A DNA stretch of 64,000 bases from the NCBI GenBank assembly GCA_038887515.1, contig JAWAKK010000002.1:76989-140988 (forward strand), given 5' to 3'. Below the pieces are notes generated by a model. That model did no database searches. It was not told the origin of the DNA and worked only from the letters and a program-made list of their open reading frames with translations. This document shows positions 20,845 through 31,463 of the stretch, piece by piece. Made by a program: the position numbers and the translations under genes. The stretch comes from Candidatus Nezhaarchaeales archaeon. Lineage in GTDB: Archaea > Thermoproteota > Methanomethylicia > Nezhaarchaeales > WYZ-LMO8. How positions within the stretch are numbered: position 1 is the first letter of the stretch; each line of letters starts with the position of its first letter.

Positions 20845-21203
20845 GATTCGAGTTCCTCTAGGTAGGATTTAAGTTTTTCAGCAAACCTATTAGCTATGGA
20901 TCTTGCTTTTTTGAGAGTACCGCTCACCCTCACTACATGTGCCGCTAACGGCCCGTCTCGTGTCGAGCTGAGGAGAGCTATAGCTGCCCTAATCATCGTG
21001 AGGGAATTGTGGGGACACTTCAAGATGCCTATCTTACTTAGTTCATTGTATGCTACGATCTTGAATGGATGTTTTGAAAGACCATAAATTCCCAGGAAAG
21101 ATCTAAAGTGCTTCCTTAATATATCGCTCAAGTCCTCGCCCTTCAAGTTGAGCGGAGAATGTATGTGGATGATTAAATATCGCCACCTGACTTCCTTCAC
21201 CAT
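20808..21203 (-). CDS. rnp2: Ribonuclease P protein component 2 (Pop5/Rpp14)
   Basis: RWRYL, GILKC, VSGTLKKA; follows rnp3. Confidence 0.88.
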   Translation of the reverse strand: MVKEVRWRYLIIHIHSPLNLKGEDLSDILRKHFRSFLGIYGLSKHPFKIVAYNELSKIGILKCPHNSLTMIRAAIALLSSTRDGPLAAHVVRVSGTLKKARSIANRFAEKLKSYLEELESGMKKPSQATET

Positions 21204-21919
21204 TCTTTTACCACCTTGACTCCGGGTAATATGAAGCTTTGGCTAAGCTTCTCTCGGTTTGCTTGCACAAGTCTTAATGGTACTGACGAAACCATTTCTC
21301 GCGCGTATTCTTCATCCTCTAAGATTATGGACGCTAAAGCTGAAAGCTCCCGAGGGGCTCTCATGTCTACGATTTTCGTAGCTCCCGAGGAGATGATTAT
21401 AGGTATACCTTTCTTCTTAACTTTTTTAAGCGCTAAACCATAGTGCCACAATGCTTTAGCCTGCTTTTCGGGGCTAATACCTAGTAGGTCGGAGAGATTA
21501 ACCTCGACGCAGTGGCCGCTCTCGAGAAGTAAGTTCACCTGTCTTTCATCAAGTATTGAGAGAATGTTTTCTGGATCGTAAAAAGTTATGTCAACTCTAC
21601 GGTCACGCGCCGCTGTCCTCGCGACCGCTACATTATAGCAATAGACCGCCATTATTTCTACGCTACGTCTAAACTTTCCCAAGCATTTTTTTAACTCCTT
21701 AGGACTTGAAGGTTTTAAGTCCAACCTTAACGCTATGTCGACGCCGAAGTCCTTTCCAGCGCCTTTGACGGTCCCTAGACGGTTTAGCTCGTAAGGTTCA
21801 TCGAGCGATAATGCTATGAGTGAAAAGCCTAGGTGTTTTGCCATCTTGATTAAGAGCTCTGGCGCGTCGCCTCCGCTTGTAACCTTGATGTGTAGATCCG
21901 CATATCTTCTCCTAGGCAT
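21197..21919 (-). CDS. rnp3: Ribonuclease P protein component 3 (Rpp30)
   Basis: YADLH, RTAARDRRVDI, IISSGA...MRAPRE. Confidence 0.9.
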   Translation of the reverse strand: MPRRRYADLHIKVTSGGDAPELLIKMAKHLGFSLIALSLDEPYELNRLGTVKGAGKDFGVDIALRLDLKPSSPKELKKCLGKFRRSVEIMAVYCYNVAVARTAARDRRVDITFYDPENILSILDERQVNLLLESGHCVEVNLSDLLGISPEKQAKALWHYGLALKKVKKKGIPIIISSGATKIVDMRAPRELSALASIILEDEEYAREMVSSVPLRLVQANREKLSQSFILPGVKVVKEW

Positions 21920-21936
21920 GTTACATGCGCCTCACA

Positions 21937-22377
21937 TTATAAACTGAGCAGGAGGGCCCTTATTGCATCTTGAGAAGGACCCTTAAAGCTGAATACCACT
22001 TTAACTACGTCATCACCAAACGATAGTTTAACTAAGCCTAGGAAGGCCCCTTGCTTGTCGAGCCTTACGTGGAGCCTCATCTTCTCGTCTATGTGTAGGT
22101 CTAAGTTCGTAAGTATGTACGTCTTTTCCTCGCTAGAGAGGGCGTTCCAGATCCATGAGAGAGCTTGATTGGCCTGCTCTGGGTTCCTAAAAGATACTTT
22201 GGCTATCCTTATCGGATTGTTGTAGTGTCCAAGTGTTTCCTCTACCTTGATACTCATTCTCGACCTGATTTTTGGAGGTAATAGGTTTTCAACTGCTTTG
22301 ATTACTTTATTGTAGTCCTCCGTGGCATGTATAAAGACTGTATATTCGACTGAGGTGAGCTTCGCGTTAAGGCTCAT
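21937..22377 (-). CDS. Putative RNA-binding protein (DUF54-type, RNase P/exosome superoperon)
   Basis: HATED..KV, GHYNNPI, LHVRLDKQ; conserved position upstream of rnp3. Confidence 0.85.
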   Translation of the reverse strand: MSLNAKLTSVEYTVFIHATEDYNKVIKAVENLLPPKIRSRMSIKVEETLGHYNNPIRIAKVSFRNPEQANQALSWIWNALSSEEKTYILTNLDLHIDEKMRLHVRLDKQGAFLGLVKLSFGDDVVKVVFSFKGPSQDAIRALLLSL

Positions 22378-23186
22378 GACTTGATCAATCCATCGTTATG
22401 GCTTAAAGCACGCGCCCTCTCCCATCTTCGATTAAAGGCATCAATAAATACCTTTATTAGCCCTAGGTTTTCGGTGTAATGAGGTCTGTAGTAAGACGTC
22501 TTTTTCTCCGTAACCCATATCAGAAAGACAAGTTTGCTCTCATCAACTAGAGTACCCCTAACTGGGTACCACTCTTCAACCGCGTACCTAACTTCCGCCC
22601 CATTCTCGACGAGGTCCTTAGCGGTCTCCACAGATTGATTGCTTCCTGCTTTCATTAAGACTCTAATTCTAACGCCGCGCTGAATAGCGCTCAGAAGTAG
22701 CTCTCTCACCTTGCGGTACCACTCGAACGACGCCGTGAAAATAGAGATGTTACGTTGTGCTTGTGAAATGATCTCTGCGGTTTTAATCTCCATAGATCTC
22801 AAGTCGTCTAGAGGCTCTATCAGTAGCTCGTCCCTTATGCCATACCTCTTCTCCCAATACTTGCCCTCTAAAGCTTCTCTTACGACATGAAGGCTCTCTC
22901 TAAGCTCAGCCAGCTCGCTCTCTAAGTATCTAGTCTTAATTCCTAAGAGTATCTCTACGGTTTTTGACGGGGGAATCACGTCGTACCTGTCATGGTTTAA
23001 CTGCTTTACGAGCCCTTTAGTTATAAGTGATGCCAATGCTTGTCTCACATCACTCAAGGATGCTCTTAGAGCACTACACAGTTCCGCTTCTCCTTTTTGG
23101 GGATTTTCATTCAAGAAGACGTATATCTCCGACTCAAGCTGTGTAAGTCCAGATTTCTTGAGGTTCTCTACAATGGTTGATGACAT
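22374..23186 (-). CDS. TrmB-family transcriptional regulator
   Basis: N-terminal wHTH (GLTQLESEIY...LASLITKGLV), coiled coil, PLD-like C-terminal domain (GVRIRVL). Confidence 0.85.
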   Translation of the reverse strand: MSSTIVENLKKSGLTQLESEIYVFLNENPQKGEAELCSALRASLSDVRQALASLITKGLVKQLNHDRYDVIPPSKTVEILLGIKTRYLESELAELRESLHVVREALEGKYWEKRYGIRDELLIEPLDDLRSMEIKTAEIISQAQRNISIFTASFEWYRKVRELLLSAIQRGVRIRVLMKAGSNQSVETAKDLVENGAEVRYAVEEWYPVRGTLVDESKLVFLIWVTEKKTSYYRPHYTENLGLIKVFIDAFNRRWERARALSHNDGLIKS

Positions 23187-23236
23187 GCTAGGAGTTCACC
23201 GTGAAATAACTACTTGGAATACCTTATTAACACATC

Positions 23237-24172
23237 TTAGAAGGTGTCTCGCAGAGCTTTAAAGACCTCTTCGGCTATCATGAACCCAGCTATCGTCTGA
23301 GCCTCCAAAGTTTGAGAAGCTATGTGAGGTGTCGCTACAACGTTTGGTAACCTTATAAGTTCCCATTCCTCTTCAGTTTTAGGAGGTTCGTTCTCAAAGA
23401 CGTCCAACGCGGCTCCTGATAACTTGCCATTCTTTAACGCTTTGAGGAGGGCTTTTGTATCGACTATTCCTCCTCTTGAAGTGTTTACCAGAATTGCTCC
23501 ATCCTTCATGAGAGAGATCTCTCTTTCACCTATCATACGTCGCGTGTTTTCGTTAAGCGGTATATGTAAGGTTACTATGTCGCTCTCCTTTAGTAACTCT
23601 TCGAGTGTTGATGCTACCTTGACCCCCATGCTCTCAGCTTCCTTTCTAATATCTCTTATATCATAGGCTATTACCTTCATCTCAAATGAAAGGGCCCTCT
23701 TAGCAACCGCTTTGCCTATACGCCCAAAACCTATGATTCCTAGAACTTTCCCCCTAAGTTCAAATCCCATGAATTTATTCTTTAACCATAAGCCTTCCTT
23801 CAAAGTCCTAGTAGCTTCAGGTATCATTCGAGCGAGTGATAGAATGAGAGCCACGGTAGCTTCTGCGACAGCTACGGTTGAAGCTTGAGGGGTAGAGACA
23901 ACCTTTATGTTCTTCTCTGAAGCAGCCTTGATATCTATGTTATCAAGCCCAACGCCAGCTCTCCCTATAACTTTGAGGTTACAGGCCTCCATTATTATGT
24001 CTCGAGTAAGTTTCGTTTTTCCCCTTACTATTAGGGCATCGTACTCTTTGACTGCTCTTATTAAATCCTCCTTACTTAATGAGGGCTTTACGTCAACTAT
24101 GCAACCCTTGGACTTAAAGAAGTCAGCGCATGATTCATGAACGTCGTCTGTTATCAATATTTTGAAGGTCAC
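23237..24172 (-). CDS. serA: D-3-phosphoglycerate/2-hydroxyacid dehydrogenase (no ACT domain)
   Basis: GRAGVGLDNID, GIIGFGRIG, NTSRG, ALDVFENEP, ATPHIA. Confidence 0.85.
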   Translation of the reverse strand: MTFKILITDDVHESCADFFKSKGCIVDVKPSLSKEDLIRAVKEYDALIVRGKTKLTRDIIMEACNLKVIGRAGVGLDNIDIKAASEKNIKVVSTPQASTVAVAEATVALILSLARMIPEATRTLKEGLWLKNKFMGFELRGKVLGIIGFGRIGKAVAKRALSFEMKVIAYDIRDIRKEAESMGVKVASTLEELLKESDIVTLHIPLNENTRRMIGEREISLMKDGAILVNTSRGGIVDTKALLKALKNGKLSGAALDVFENEPPKTEEEWELIRLPNVVATPHIASQTLEAQTIAGFMIAEEVFKALRDTF

Positions 24173-24318
24173 ATCATAGCACCTCGATGTCGAGCTCTCA
24201 CAAGTGCCTACATATCATTGAGGCCTCTTATATTTTTAATTCTAGTTAAAATGAAAAGCATAGAAAGCTAGCCGACAAGAATTTACTAAACTAAAAAATT
24301 AATAATACGTGTTTTAAA

Positions 24319-25539
24319 ATGCCAGAAGTAGCAATAGTAGGAAAGACGAACGTCGGTAAGAGTACGCTATTTAGTGCTTTGACTATGTTACCGGTTAAAA
24401 TAGAGGCAAGACCGTTTACGACCATAAAACCCAACGTTGGGATAGCATATCTAAAGGTTAATTGCGTTTGTAAGGAAATGAACGTTAAGGATAATCCCAA
24501 AAACTCCATATGCAAAGACGGTGTTAGATACATCCCGGTTAAGGTAATAGATCTCGCAGGACTTATACCAGGAGCCCACGAAGGAAGAGGGCTGGGGAAC
24601 AAGTTTTTAGATGAAATGCGAACAGCTGATGGAATAATACACGTAGTCGATGCCTCAGGTTCTACAGACTTTGAAGGAAGGCCTTGCCCCCCAAAGTCTC
24701 ATGACCCCCTTCTTGACGTTGAAATGATAGAAAGAGAAGTGAACTTTTGGATTTTAGGAATGTTGAAGCAGGATTGGGCCAAGATTTCGAGATCGGCAGA
24801 ACACGGTAAGTCTAAGGCTGAAGAGGTCATAGCTTTAAGGCTCAGCGGCTTAAAGATCTCCGTTAAACATGTTAGAGAGACTCTTGAAGAATTGGACCTT
24901 GTAAATAAGAAGCTTAGCGCGTGGAGTGAAGACACTATCTTGACCTTCATCAGACACCTTTTTAGGAGAGCCAAGCCCTTCGTCATTGCTGCGAATAAGA
25001 GCGATATACCTGAAAGCGTGGAAAACGTAAAGAGACTTAGAGAGCTCTACGGTTATGACACAGTAATACCTTGTAGCGCGGAAGCCGAATTAGCTCTTCG
25101 AAGGGCTGCTGAGAAGGGTTTAATTGAATATACGCCAGGCGATAGCTCATTTAAGATAATAAGTCGTGAGAGGTTAACTAATGAGCAAATTAAAGCCTTA
25201 GAGACAATTAAGCAAAGAGTCTTAGATGTTTGGGGATCAACTGGGGTCCAAGAAGTCCTAAATACCATGTACTTCAAGAAGCTAAACATGATACCGGTGT
25301 ATCCAGTCGCAGATCCCGATAAGTTGACCGATAGTGAAGGCAATGTACTACCGGACGTCTACTTAGTCCCACGAGGCACTACGGTTCGAGAGTTGGCTTA
25401 CCTAGTCCATTCAGAGCTAGGTGAAAGCTTCGTATATGCTATTGATGCAAGGAGTAAGATAAGGCTAGGCGAAGATACCGTTTTAAAGGAGAATGATATA
25501 ATATCAATCGTGGCAGCTAAAAAGCTAAAGAGGAAGTAG
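24319..25539 (+). CDS. ychF: YchF/Ola1-family translation-associated P-loop NTPase
   Basis: GKTNVGKST, PFTTIKPN, DLAGL, GLGNKFLD, NKSD, C-terminal TGS domain. Confidence 0.93.
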   Translation: MPEVAIVGKTNVGKSTLFSALTMLPVKIEARPFTTIKPNVGIAYLKVNCVCKEMNVKDNPKNSICKDGVRYIPVKVIDLAGLIPGAHEGRGLGNKFLDEMRTADGIIHVVDASGSTDFEGRPCPPKSHDPLLDVEMIEREVNFWILGMLKQDWAKISRSAEHGKSKAEEVIALRLSGLKISVKHVRETLEELDLVNKKLSAWSEDTILTFIRHLFRRAKPFVIAANKSDIPESVENVKRLRELYGYDTVIPCSAEAELALRRAAEKGLIEYTPGDSSFKIISRERLTNEQIKALETIKQRVLDVWGSTGVQEVLNTMYFKKLNMIPVYPVADPDKLTDSEGNVLPDVYLVPRGTTVRELAYLVHSELGESFVYAIDARSKIRLGEDTVLKENDIISIVAAKKLKRK

Positions 25540-25540
25540 T

Positions 25541-25888
25541 ATGATAGACATCGATCTTGAAGAACTTAGAAGGAAGTACCCTCATTTAGCTCGAGAATTA
25601 GAGGAGAAGCTGATGTGCATTAAGATTAGGGGTTCTAGGACTAATGAAGAGGACCTCGAAGTCGGCATGCCTGATGCCGTCGATTATATAAGGCGCTGCA
25701 AGAGCTTTCAAGAGGCTGAAGAGGTCATAAACTTCTTGGAGAAAACCGATCAGATTTCGAAGTCGAAAGCGGAAGAGTTAAGAGAACAACTTTATTCTCA
25801 AGGGCTAGAGAGTTTTGGTCCCCGCAAGGAGTTTGGCTACTACGTTAAGAGGTACTTAAATGAGAAGACTACAGACTCCTCGACCTGA
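25541..25888 (+). CDS. DUF2095-family protein
   Basis: PDAVDYIRRC...EEAEEVINFLE...SFGPRKEFGYY. Confidence 0.75.
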   Translation: MIDIDLEELRRKYPHLARELEEKLMCIKIRGSRTNEEDLEVGMPDAVDYIRRCKSFQEAEEVINFLEKTDQISKSKAEELREQLYSQGLESFGPRKEFGYYVKRYLNEKTTDSST

Positions 25889-25948
25889 TAACACTTAAAT
25901 GTAGGACCCAAAATATAAACGATAGCTTTAGCCCAGCTAGGGGGGAAC

Positions 25949-28339
25949 ATGAAAGAGAGAGCTTACGTCTTATGGATCGAAGAGATCGACAAGGGCGACA
26001 TAATGCTAGTTGGAGGCAAGAGCGCTAACCTCGGAGAGCTTACTAAAGCAGGAATACCAGTGCCTCCTGGATTTGCTGTTACTTCATACGCGTATAAAGA
26101 GTTTATTGATAGAACAGGTATTAAGAGAAAAATAGAGGAGTTTTTAAAGGAGGTTGAAGGAAAAAAGGACCCTCAACTGTTCGAGGAAGTTAGTGCAAAT
26201 ATCAGGAAACTTATAGAGAATAGCAGGATTCCTGAAGAAATAGCAGACGCCATAAGAGAAAACTACAGAAAACTGTGCAACAAAGTGGGGTTATCCAACG
26301 TCCCTGTCGCAGTAAGAAGTTCAGCTACAGCCGAGGACTTACCAGATGCTAGCTTTGCAGGACAACAAGACACGTATCTCAACGTTGAAGGTGAGGAGGA
26401 AGTGCTGTCAAAGGTAAAGAAGTGCTGGTCATCCCTATTCACTCCGCGTGCCATATTCTATAGACAAGAAAAGGGGATAGAGCACAACAGAGTGTTGATG
26501 AGTGTAGTGGTACAAAAGATGGTTAACGCAAGAGTTGCTGGCGTAATGTTCACCATACATCCGATAACCGGCGAACGAGACAAAATCGTTATAGAGGGAA
26601 GTTGGGGTCTAGGCGAGGCAGTTGTAAGCGGTTCAGTCACCCCTGACGTTTACGTGGTAGATAAGAAAGCGCTTAAAATAGTAGATAGGAAGATTGCTGA
26701 AAAGACGCATGAATTAGTCAGAGACGCATATTCTGGACGAACCGTGAAAGTTGAAGTCCCTTCAGAGAGGAGGAAGATACCATGTCTATCCGATGAAGAG
26801 GTCCTAAAGCTAGCCGAGCTAGCTATCAAGATAGAGCAACATTATGGGCAACCTCAAGACATAGAATGGGCTATTGATGCTGATTTGAAGTTTCCGAACA
26901 ACATTTTTGTCGTGCAATCGAGGCCGGAGACGGTATGGTCTTTAAGAGGGAAAGTGGAAGAGAAAGCCGAGGTTAAAGTGAGGGGTAGAAGAGTAATAGT
27001 TAAGGGCTTGCCAGCAAGTCCGGGCGTATGGTCTGGTAAAGCCAAGGTAGTCAAGAGCGTTGAGGAAGCGTCAAGACTCATTGAGAAAGGGGACATATTA
27101 GTAACTATGATGACCAATCCAGATTGGGTTCCATACATGCGGCTCGCTGGTGCTATCGTGACGGACGAAGGAGGTATGACGTGCCATGCCGCTATAGTTA
27201 GTAGGGAGCTAGGGATACCGGCCATAGTCGGTACGGGCAATGCAACTAAGGTCTTAGAGACTGGTAAAGAATATACAGTTGAAGCCACGACGGGAGTAGT
27301 CTACGAGGGTACGGTTGAAGAGTTCGTAAGAGGAGGAGGGGAATTTAAAGCTACGATGTCGCCAACGACTATGTCAACGGTGGAGCACTTCATTCCTACG
27401 GGAACAAAAATTTACATGAATTTAGGAGTACCAGAGAAAATAACAGATTACATGCATCTGCCATTCGATGGAATAGGCTTAATGCGTATAGAGTTCATAA
27501 TGACTTCTCACATAGGAGAGCACCCCCTCTATTTGCTTGAAAAGGGCGAGGAAAGCAAATTCGTGGATAAGCTGGCTGAAGGGGTAGCAATGGTAGCAAG
27601 ACAGGTTCAACCTAGACCGGTAATAGTGAGATTCAGCGACTTAAAGACCAATGAATACAAGAAGTTAAAGGGTGGCGAAAGCTACGAACCTAACGAACAT
27701 AATCCAATGCTCGGATATCGAGGTGCATCACGCTACATAAGCCCTCAATACGAGAAGGCATTCAGGCTAGAGTGCAAGGCTATAAAGAAGGTCAGAGATG
27801 TATGGGGGCTAAAGAACGTATGGGTGATGTTACCTTTCGTCAGAACCACTTGGGAAATGGAGAGGGCCTTGCAGATTATGAAGGAAGAGGGGCTCGAAAG
27901 GGGAAGGGACTTCAAGGTATGGTTGATGGCTGAAGTTCCTAGCGTCATATTCTTAGCCGATGAGTTTTGTAAGTGCGTTGATGGGTTTAGCATAGGTAGC
28001 AACGATCTAACACAATTAATCCTCGGAGTCGATAGAGACTCTGAAATATTACCTAACTTAGACCCTCGATACTTCGACGAAAGAGACCCAGCAGTTTTAA
28101 GGGCTATAAGTCACCTAATTAAGACAGCCCATAAACACGGAGCAACGGTAAGCATATGCGGTCAGGGACCCTCATACCTAGAAGACTTTGTTGAATGGCT
28201 CGTACGTCAGGGCATAGACAGCGTATCCGTTAACCCTGACGCAGTCATGAGGGTGCGTCGTTTAGTGGCACAAGTCGAAAGAAGAATTTTACTTGAAAAC
28301 GCGTTAAACAAAAAGTCTAAAAGAGCGCTGAGCAAATAG
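25949..28339 (+). CDS. ppsA: Phosphoenolpyruvate synthase
   Basis: VGGKSANLGEL, AVRSSATAEDL..ASFAGQQDT, TCHAAIVSRE phospho-His, FSIGSNDLTQ. Confidence 0.97.
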   Translation: MKERAYVLWIEEIDKGDIMLVGGKSANLGELTKAGIPVPPGFAVTSYAYKEFIDRTGIKRKIEEFLKEVEGKKDPQLFEEVSANIRKLIENSRIPEEIADAIRENYRKLCNKVGLSNVPVAVRSSATAEDLPDASFAGQQDTYLNVEGEEEVLSKVKKCWSSLFTPRAIFYRQEKGIEHNRVLMSVVVQKMVNARVAGVMFTIHPITGERDKIVIEGSWGLGEAVVSGSVTPDVYVVDKKALKIVDRKIAEKTHELVRDAYSGRTVKVEVPSERRKIPCLSDEEVLKLAELAIKIEQHYGQPQDIEWAIDADLKFPNNIFVVQSRPETVWSLRGKVEEKAEVKVRGRRVIVKGLPASPGVWSGKAKVVKSVEEASRLIEKGDILVTMMTNPDWVPYMRLAGAIVTDEGGMTCHAAIVSRELGIPAIVGTGNATKVLETGKEYTVEATTGVVYEGTVEEFVRGGGEFKATMSPTTMSTVEHFIPTGTKIYMNLGVPEKITDYMHLPFDGIGLMRIEFIMTSHIGEHPLYLLEKGEESKFVDKLAEGVAMVARQVQPRPVIVRFSDLKTNEYKKLKGGESYEPNEHNPMLGYRGASRYISPQYEKAFRLECKAIKKVRDVWGLKNVWVMLPFVRTTWEMERALQIMKEEGLERGRDFKVWLMAEVPSVIFLADEFCKCVDGFSIGSNDLTQLILGVDRDSEILPNLDPRYFDERDPAVLRAISHLIKTAHKHGATVSICGQGPSYLEDFVEWLVRQGIDSVSVNPDAVMRVRRLVAQVERRILLENALNKKSKRALSK

Positions 28340-28508
28340 ATGATAAATTAATTTTAACATTATTTCTTAAATTAACTTACACTTATTCCTCAACCTTGAG
28401 GCTATCATTAATAGCCAAGTTCCTTCACCTATTGTAGTAAATTTACTATTTGTATTAAGGAAGGCTGATCACAATATTTATTAGCGTTCCACACAAGTAC
28501 CTTGCAAG

Positions 28509-28760
28509 GTGATTAAGACGTCTACCAAGAAGAAGAGGGCTGAAGAAGTAGGCGTTTCAAATCACAGGCATTGCATAATATGCGGAGGAGTTGTGCCGTC
28601 CGACAGGAACCCGCCAGTTTGTGAAGGTCCTTGCGAAGAAGAGCTTACTAAGAGGGAGAAAAGGTCTAGAACCTTCAATTTAGTATGGATGTTAATGATT
28701 TTTGGCCTCCTAGCTATAATGATGATTAGCCTATTTGGACCGGCCATTCCTAAGAGCTAG
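28509..28760 (+). CDS. DUF2116-type Zn-ribbon membrane protein
   Basis: HRHCIICG...CEGPC followed by a C-terminal TM helix. Confidence 0.75.
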   Translation: MIKTSTKKKRAEEVGVSNHRHCIICGGVVPSDRNPPVCEGPCEEELTKREKRSRTFNLVWMLMIFGLLAIMMISLFGPAIPKS

Positions 28761-28763
28761 CTA

Positions 28764-29279
28764 TTAGCTTTTGCTAACTTCCTTTACGACCCTTATTTCA
28801 CAAGGTACTGGGAGCTTTGAAGCAGCTCTTCTTACGGCTTCCCTCGCCACCCCCTCCTTGTCTACGGGGACTTTAACCGTGAGTATTACATCTCCGGCAC
28901 TAACTCTGGCGGCTGTACCAACAGGGTCTCCGAATGCAAGCCGCATGCCGTCTTGAAGTCTGTCGGCACCGGCAAACGCCATCATTTTGTTTTCTCGCAA
29001 GACGTGGTGAGGATATGGATGTATCTTAAGGAAATAGTTGTTCTCGCCGAGGTTTGAAGACAAATATTTACTGCAGGTAACCCTCATAGCTTCTAATGCG
29101 TTGTGCCTTATCTGTGCCGGCTCTTTAGCTACTAATTCAACAGTCAATTGGAAGTCTGCCTTCGTGTTCCCCATAGTGAACTTCGTTATCTTAGGTGGTG
29201 GAATACCGTGTATGTATTCTTTCCTCGTGTAGGCTGGTCCTTTCACGAGCCTATAGCAGCGAGCCGGTCTTAGAGGCAA
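28764..29279 (-). CDS. rpl10e: 50S ribosomal protein L10e (uL16)
   Basis: [18 protein letters not shown]...[14 protein letters not shown]. Confidence 0.98.
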   Translation of the reverse strand: MPLRPARCYRLVKGPAYTRKEYIHGIPPPKITKFTMGNTKADFQLTVELVAKEPAQIRHNALEAMRVTCSKYLSSNLGENNYFLKIHPYPHHVLRENKMMAFAGADRLQDGMRLAFGDPVGTAARVSAGDVILTVKVPVDKEGVAREAVRRAASKLPVPCEIRVVKEVSKS

Positions 29280-29317
29280 TTTTAAACACCTTCCCCTATA
29301 ATTGAGGGGGGTGCCTT

Positions 29318-30028
29318 TTAGCTTTTCTTTGCAGCGGAATCCATAAGCTTTAAATGTACTTTATGGAGGAAGGCTAGCAGGATGTGTATCTCTTTTTGAG
29401 AAATGAAGGATTTTCCAAGTATCCTTTTGAAAACTATTTTGGCTTTTTCCTCCTTCTCTGGGAGGAAGTTTATCGATTTGAGTATGTCTGAAAAGTACTT
29501 TAAAGCGACTCTTCGCAACCTTTCGTTTGCTAGTCTTACCTTGGGCCTCACGTGACTTCTTGAGAGCTCATATAGTATTATAGCTATCGCGTGCGTAATG
29601 TTCATTACTGGGTACTCGTCGCTTGTAGGTATATTTACGACCATATCACACATCGAAAGTTCGTCGTTTGTGAGACCTATGTCTTCACGACCAAAAATCA
29701 GAGCTACCTTACCATCGAGCTTCAACAGCCCGCGTAAATGCCAGGGGGGTACAACCGTCCTCACGACGTTTCTGGGTCCTGCCAGCTTACCTGTTGTACC
29801 AATTTTTATATCAAAACCTTTTACCGCCTCCTCCAGACTATCAACTATAGTTATTCTTTCAAGTAGGTCTGAAGCTTTTACAGCAAACCTTCTTGATACA
29901 TCTGAAATGTTAGTTCGAGGCCTTACGAGACATAAGTCTTTGAAGCCAAAGTTCTTCATAACCCTACACGTAAGACCTATGCTCATTTCGTAGAGAGGTT
30001 CAACTAGGACTATCCTGAAGTCGGGCAT
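29318..30028 (-). CDS. trmJ: TrmJ-family SPOUT tRNA methyltransferase
   Basis: [34 protein letters not shown]. Confidence 0.9.
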   Translation of the reverse strand: MPDFRIVLVEPLYEMSIGLTCRVMKNFGFKDLCLVRPRTNISDVSRRFAVKASDLLERITIVDSLEEAVKGFDIKIGTTGKLAGPRNVVRTVVPPWHLRGLLKLDGKVALIFGREDIGLTNDELSMCDMVVNIPTSDEYPVMNITHAIAIILYELSRSHVRPKVRLANERLRRVALKYFSDILKSINFLPEKEEKAKIVFKRILGKSFISQKEIHILLAFLHKVHLKLMDSAAKKS

Positions 30029-30630
30029 GCCCTCACCTCTACTAAGAAAAGCTCTTCAAGCCAAAATCTCTTCTTGGCTAAGATCGAGTACTGAAGATTC
30101 GTAGATTTTAAGGTCGATAATATTTTGTCGTTCTCTGTAAAAGATGATGTCACGAAGTATAATCTACCGTTTTTGCTCAGAACCCTGTAAACGTCTTTGA
30201 TAACCCTTAAAATCATAGAAGTACCATCGATGCCCCCGCTCCATGAAGGCTCGTCTATGCGTGGATCTCCGGTAGATGGCAAGTATGGGGGATTCATGAT
30301 TATTGCATCGAATTCACAATTGTCTCTTAGAGCCGATGTGACGTCAGAACATAGAAAAGCCGTACGCTCTTCGACTTTATTTATTTTTGCATTATATTGG
30401 GCATTACGAACTGCTACCTTACTCACATCTATTCCAACGACGTAGCAACCACTTAACGCATAATTTATAGCTAAGATACCGCTCCCAGTACCTACATCAA
30501 GCACCAATTCTCCGCAGTTCAGCTTCAAGTTATCTAACAGCATAAATGTATCATCTGATGGCTGGTAGACCCCTTCCCAGACATGAATTACCATATTGTC
30601 GAACGACAGCTTCACGTGAATGCACCTCAA
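30010..30630 (-). CDS. HemK2/PrmC-like release-factor glutamine methyltransferase
   Basis: VYQPSDDTFML, DVGTGSG, NPPY, WSGG. Confidence 0.88.
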   Translation of the reverse strand: MRCIHVKLSFDNMVIHVWEGVYQPSDDTFMLLDNLKLNCGELVLDVGTGSGILAINYALSGCYVVGIDVSKVAVRNAQYNAKINKVEERTAFLCSDVTSALRDNCEFDAIIMNPPYLPSTGDPRIDEPSWSGGIDGTSMILRVIKDVYRVLSKNGRLYFVTSSFTENDKILSTLKSTNLQYSILAKKRFWLEELFLVEVRACPTSG

Positions 30631-31463
30631 TGTATTACGTAATCCCCGATGATGTTGGATATGTAAGCAAAGTCCGAAGGACTTAAGTCCTTAACCCTTG
30701 AGTTCATGTATTTCTTTAGCCTCTCATCATAGTATACTTTCTCGTCAACCTTGAATTGCATGAGCTTAGTTACAGCTACGCGCAGAGCCTTCCTTAAAAC
30801 CCTGTTGCGCTGGGTGAAAAGCGACCTAACGACCTCTAAGTGAAGGTCTATATTTTTGATTTCGTAAGGTGGGCTTCGTCTTTCCAGCTTTAATAGGGCT
30901 GAGTCAACGTCTGGTTCAGGATAGAAGTTCTTCCTTTTAATTGTCATCAATAGTTGAGTAGCAAAAAAGGCATCTAAGGAAACGGTTAATCTGCCGTAAT
31001 CCCTAGTACCGGGCTTTGATAATATTCGCAATGCAAGCTCTTTCTGCAGAGTGAGGAGGGCCCTGCTAAACGTGCAGTCTCGAGCTAACTTAAAGAGCAT
31101 TGGTGTAGCGATGCTGTACGGCACGTTTGAAACTACGACGTCAACCGGTGGTGGCCTTATGTTTAGGAAGTCCGCCTCCATTACTACTACGTTATTGTGG
31201 TTCTTTAGAACGTCTTCACGTAATGCTTTACTCAATACTGGGTCGACTTCAATTGCGTATACTAGCCTAGCTTTTGAAGCAAGTATATCAGTTAAAGCTC
31301 CGAGGCCTGCACCTACCTCTAGGACGACGAGGCCTTCTACTTCAGATAACTCGATTATGCGTCTCGCTATCCGATCGTTAATTAAAAACGACTGGCCTAA
31401 CTCTTTTTTCGGTGATATTGAGTGCTTCTTAATTAGAATCAGAGTACGTTGTAGTAAGTTCAT
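30627..31463 (-). CDS. rsmA: 16S rRNA dimethyladenosine transferase RsmA/KsgA
   Basis: LGQSFL, EVGAGLG, SNVPYSI, FYPEPDVDS. Confidence 0.95.
   Translation of the reverse strand: MNLLQRTLILIKKHSISPKKELGQSFLINDRIARRIIELSEVEGLVVLEVGAGLGALTDILASKARLVYAIEVDPVLSKALREDVLKNHNNVVVMEADFLNIRPPPVDVVVSNVPYSIATPMLFKLARDCTFSRALLTLQKELALRILSKPGTRDYGRLTVSLDAFFATQLLMTIKRKNFYPEPDVDSALLKLERRSPPYEIKNIDLHLEVVRSLFTQRNRVLRKALRVAVTKLMQFKVDEKVYYDERLKKYMNSRVKDLSPSDFAYISNIIGDYVIH

Noticed and set aside
28420-28473. H/ACA guide RNA (hairpin followed by ACA at 28471)
   Set aside because: No K-turn/K-loop in the upper stem, and the ACA is not at the base of the stem.
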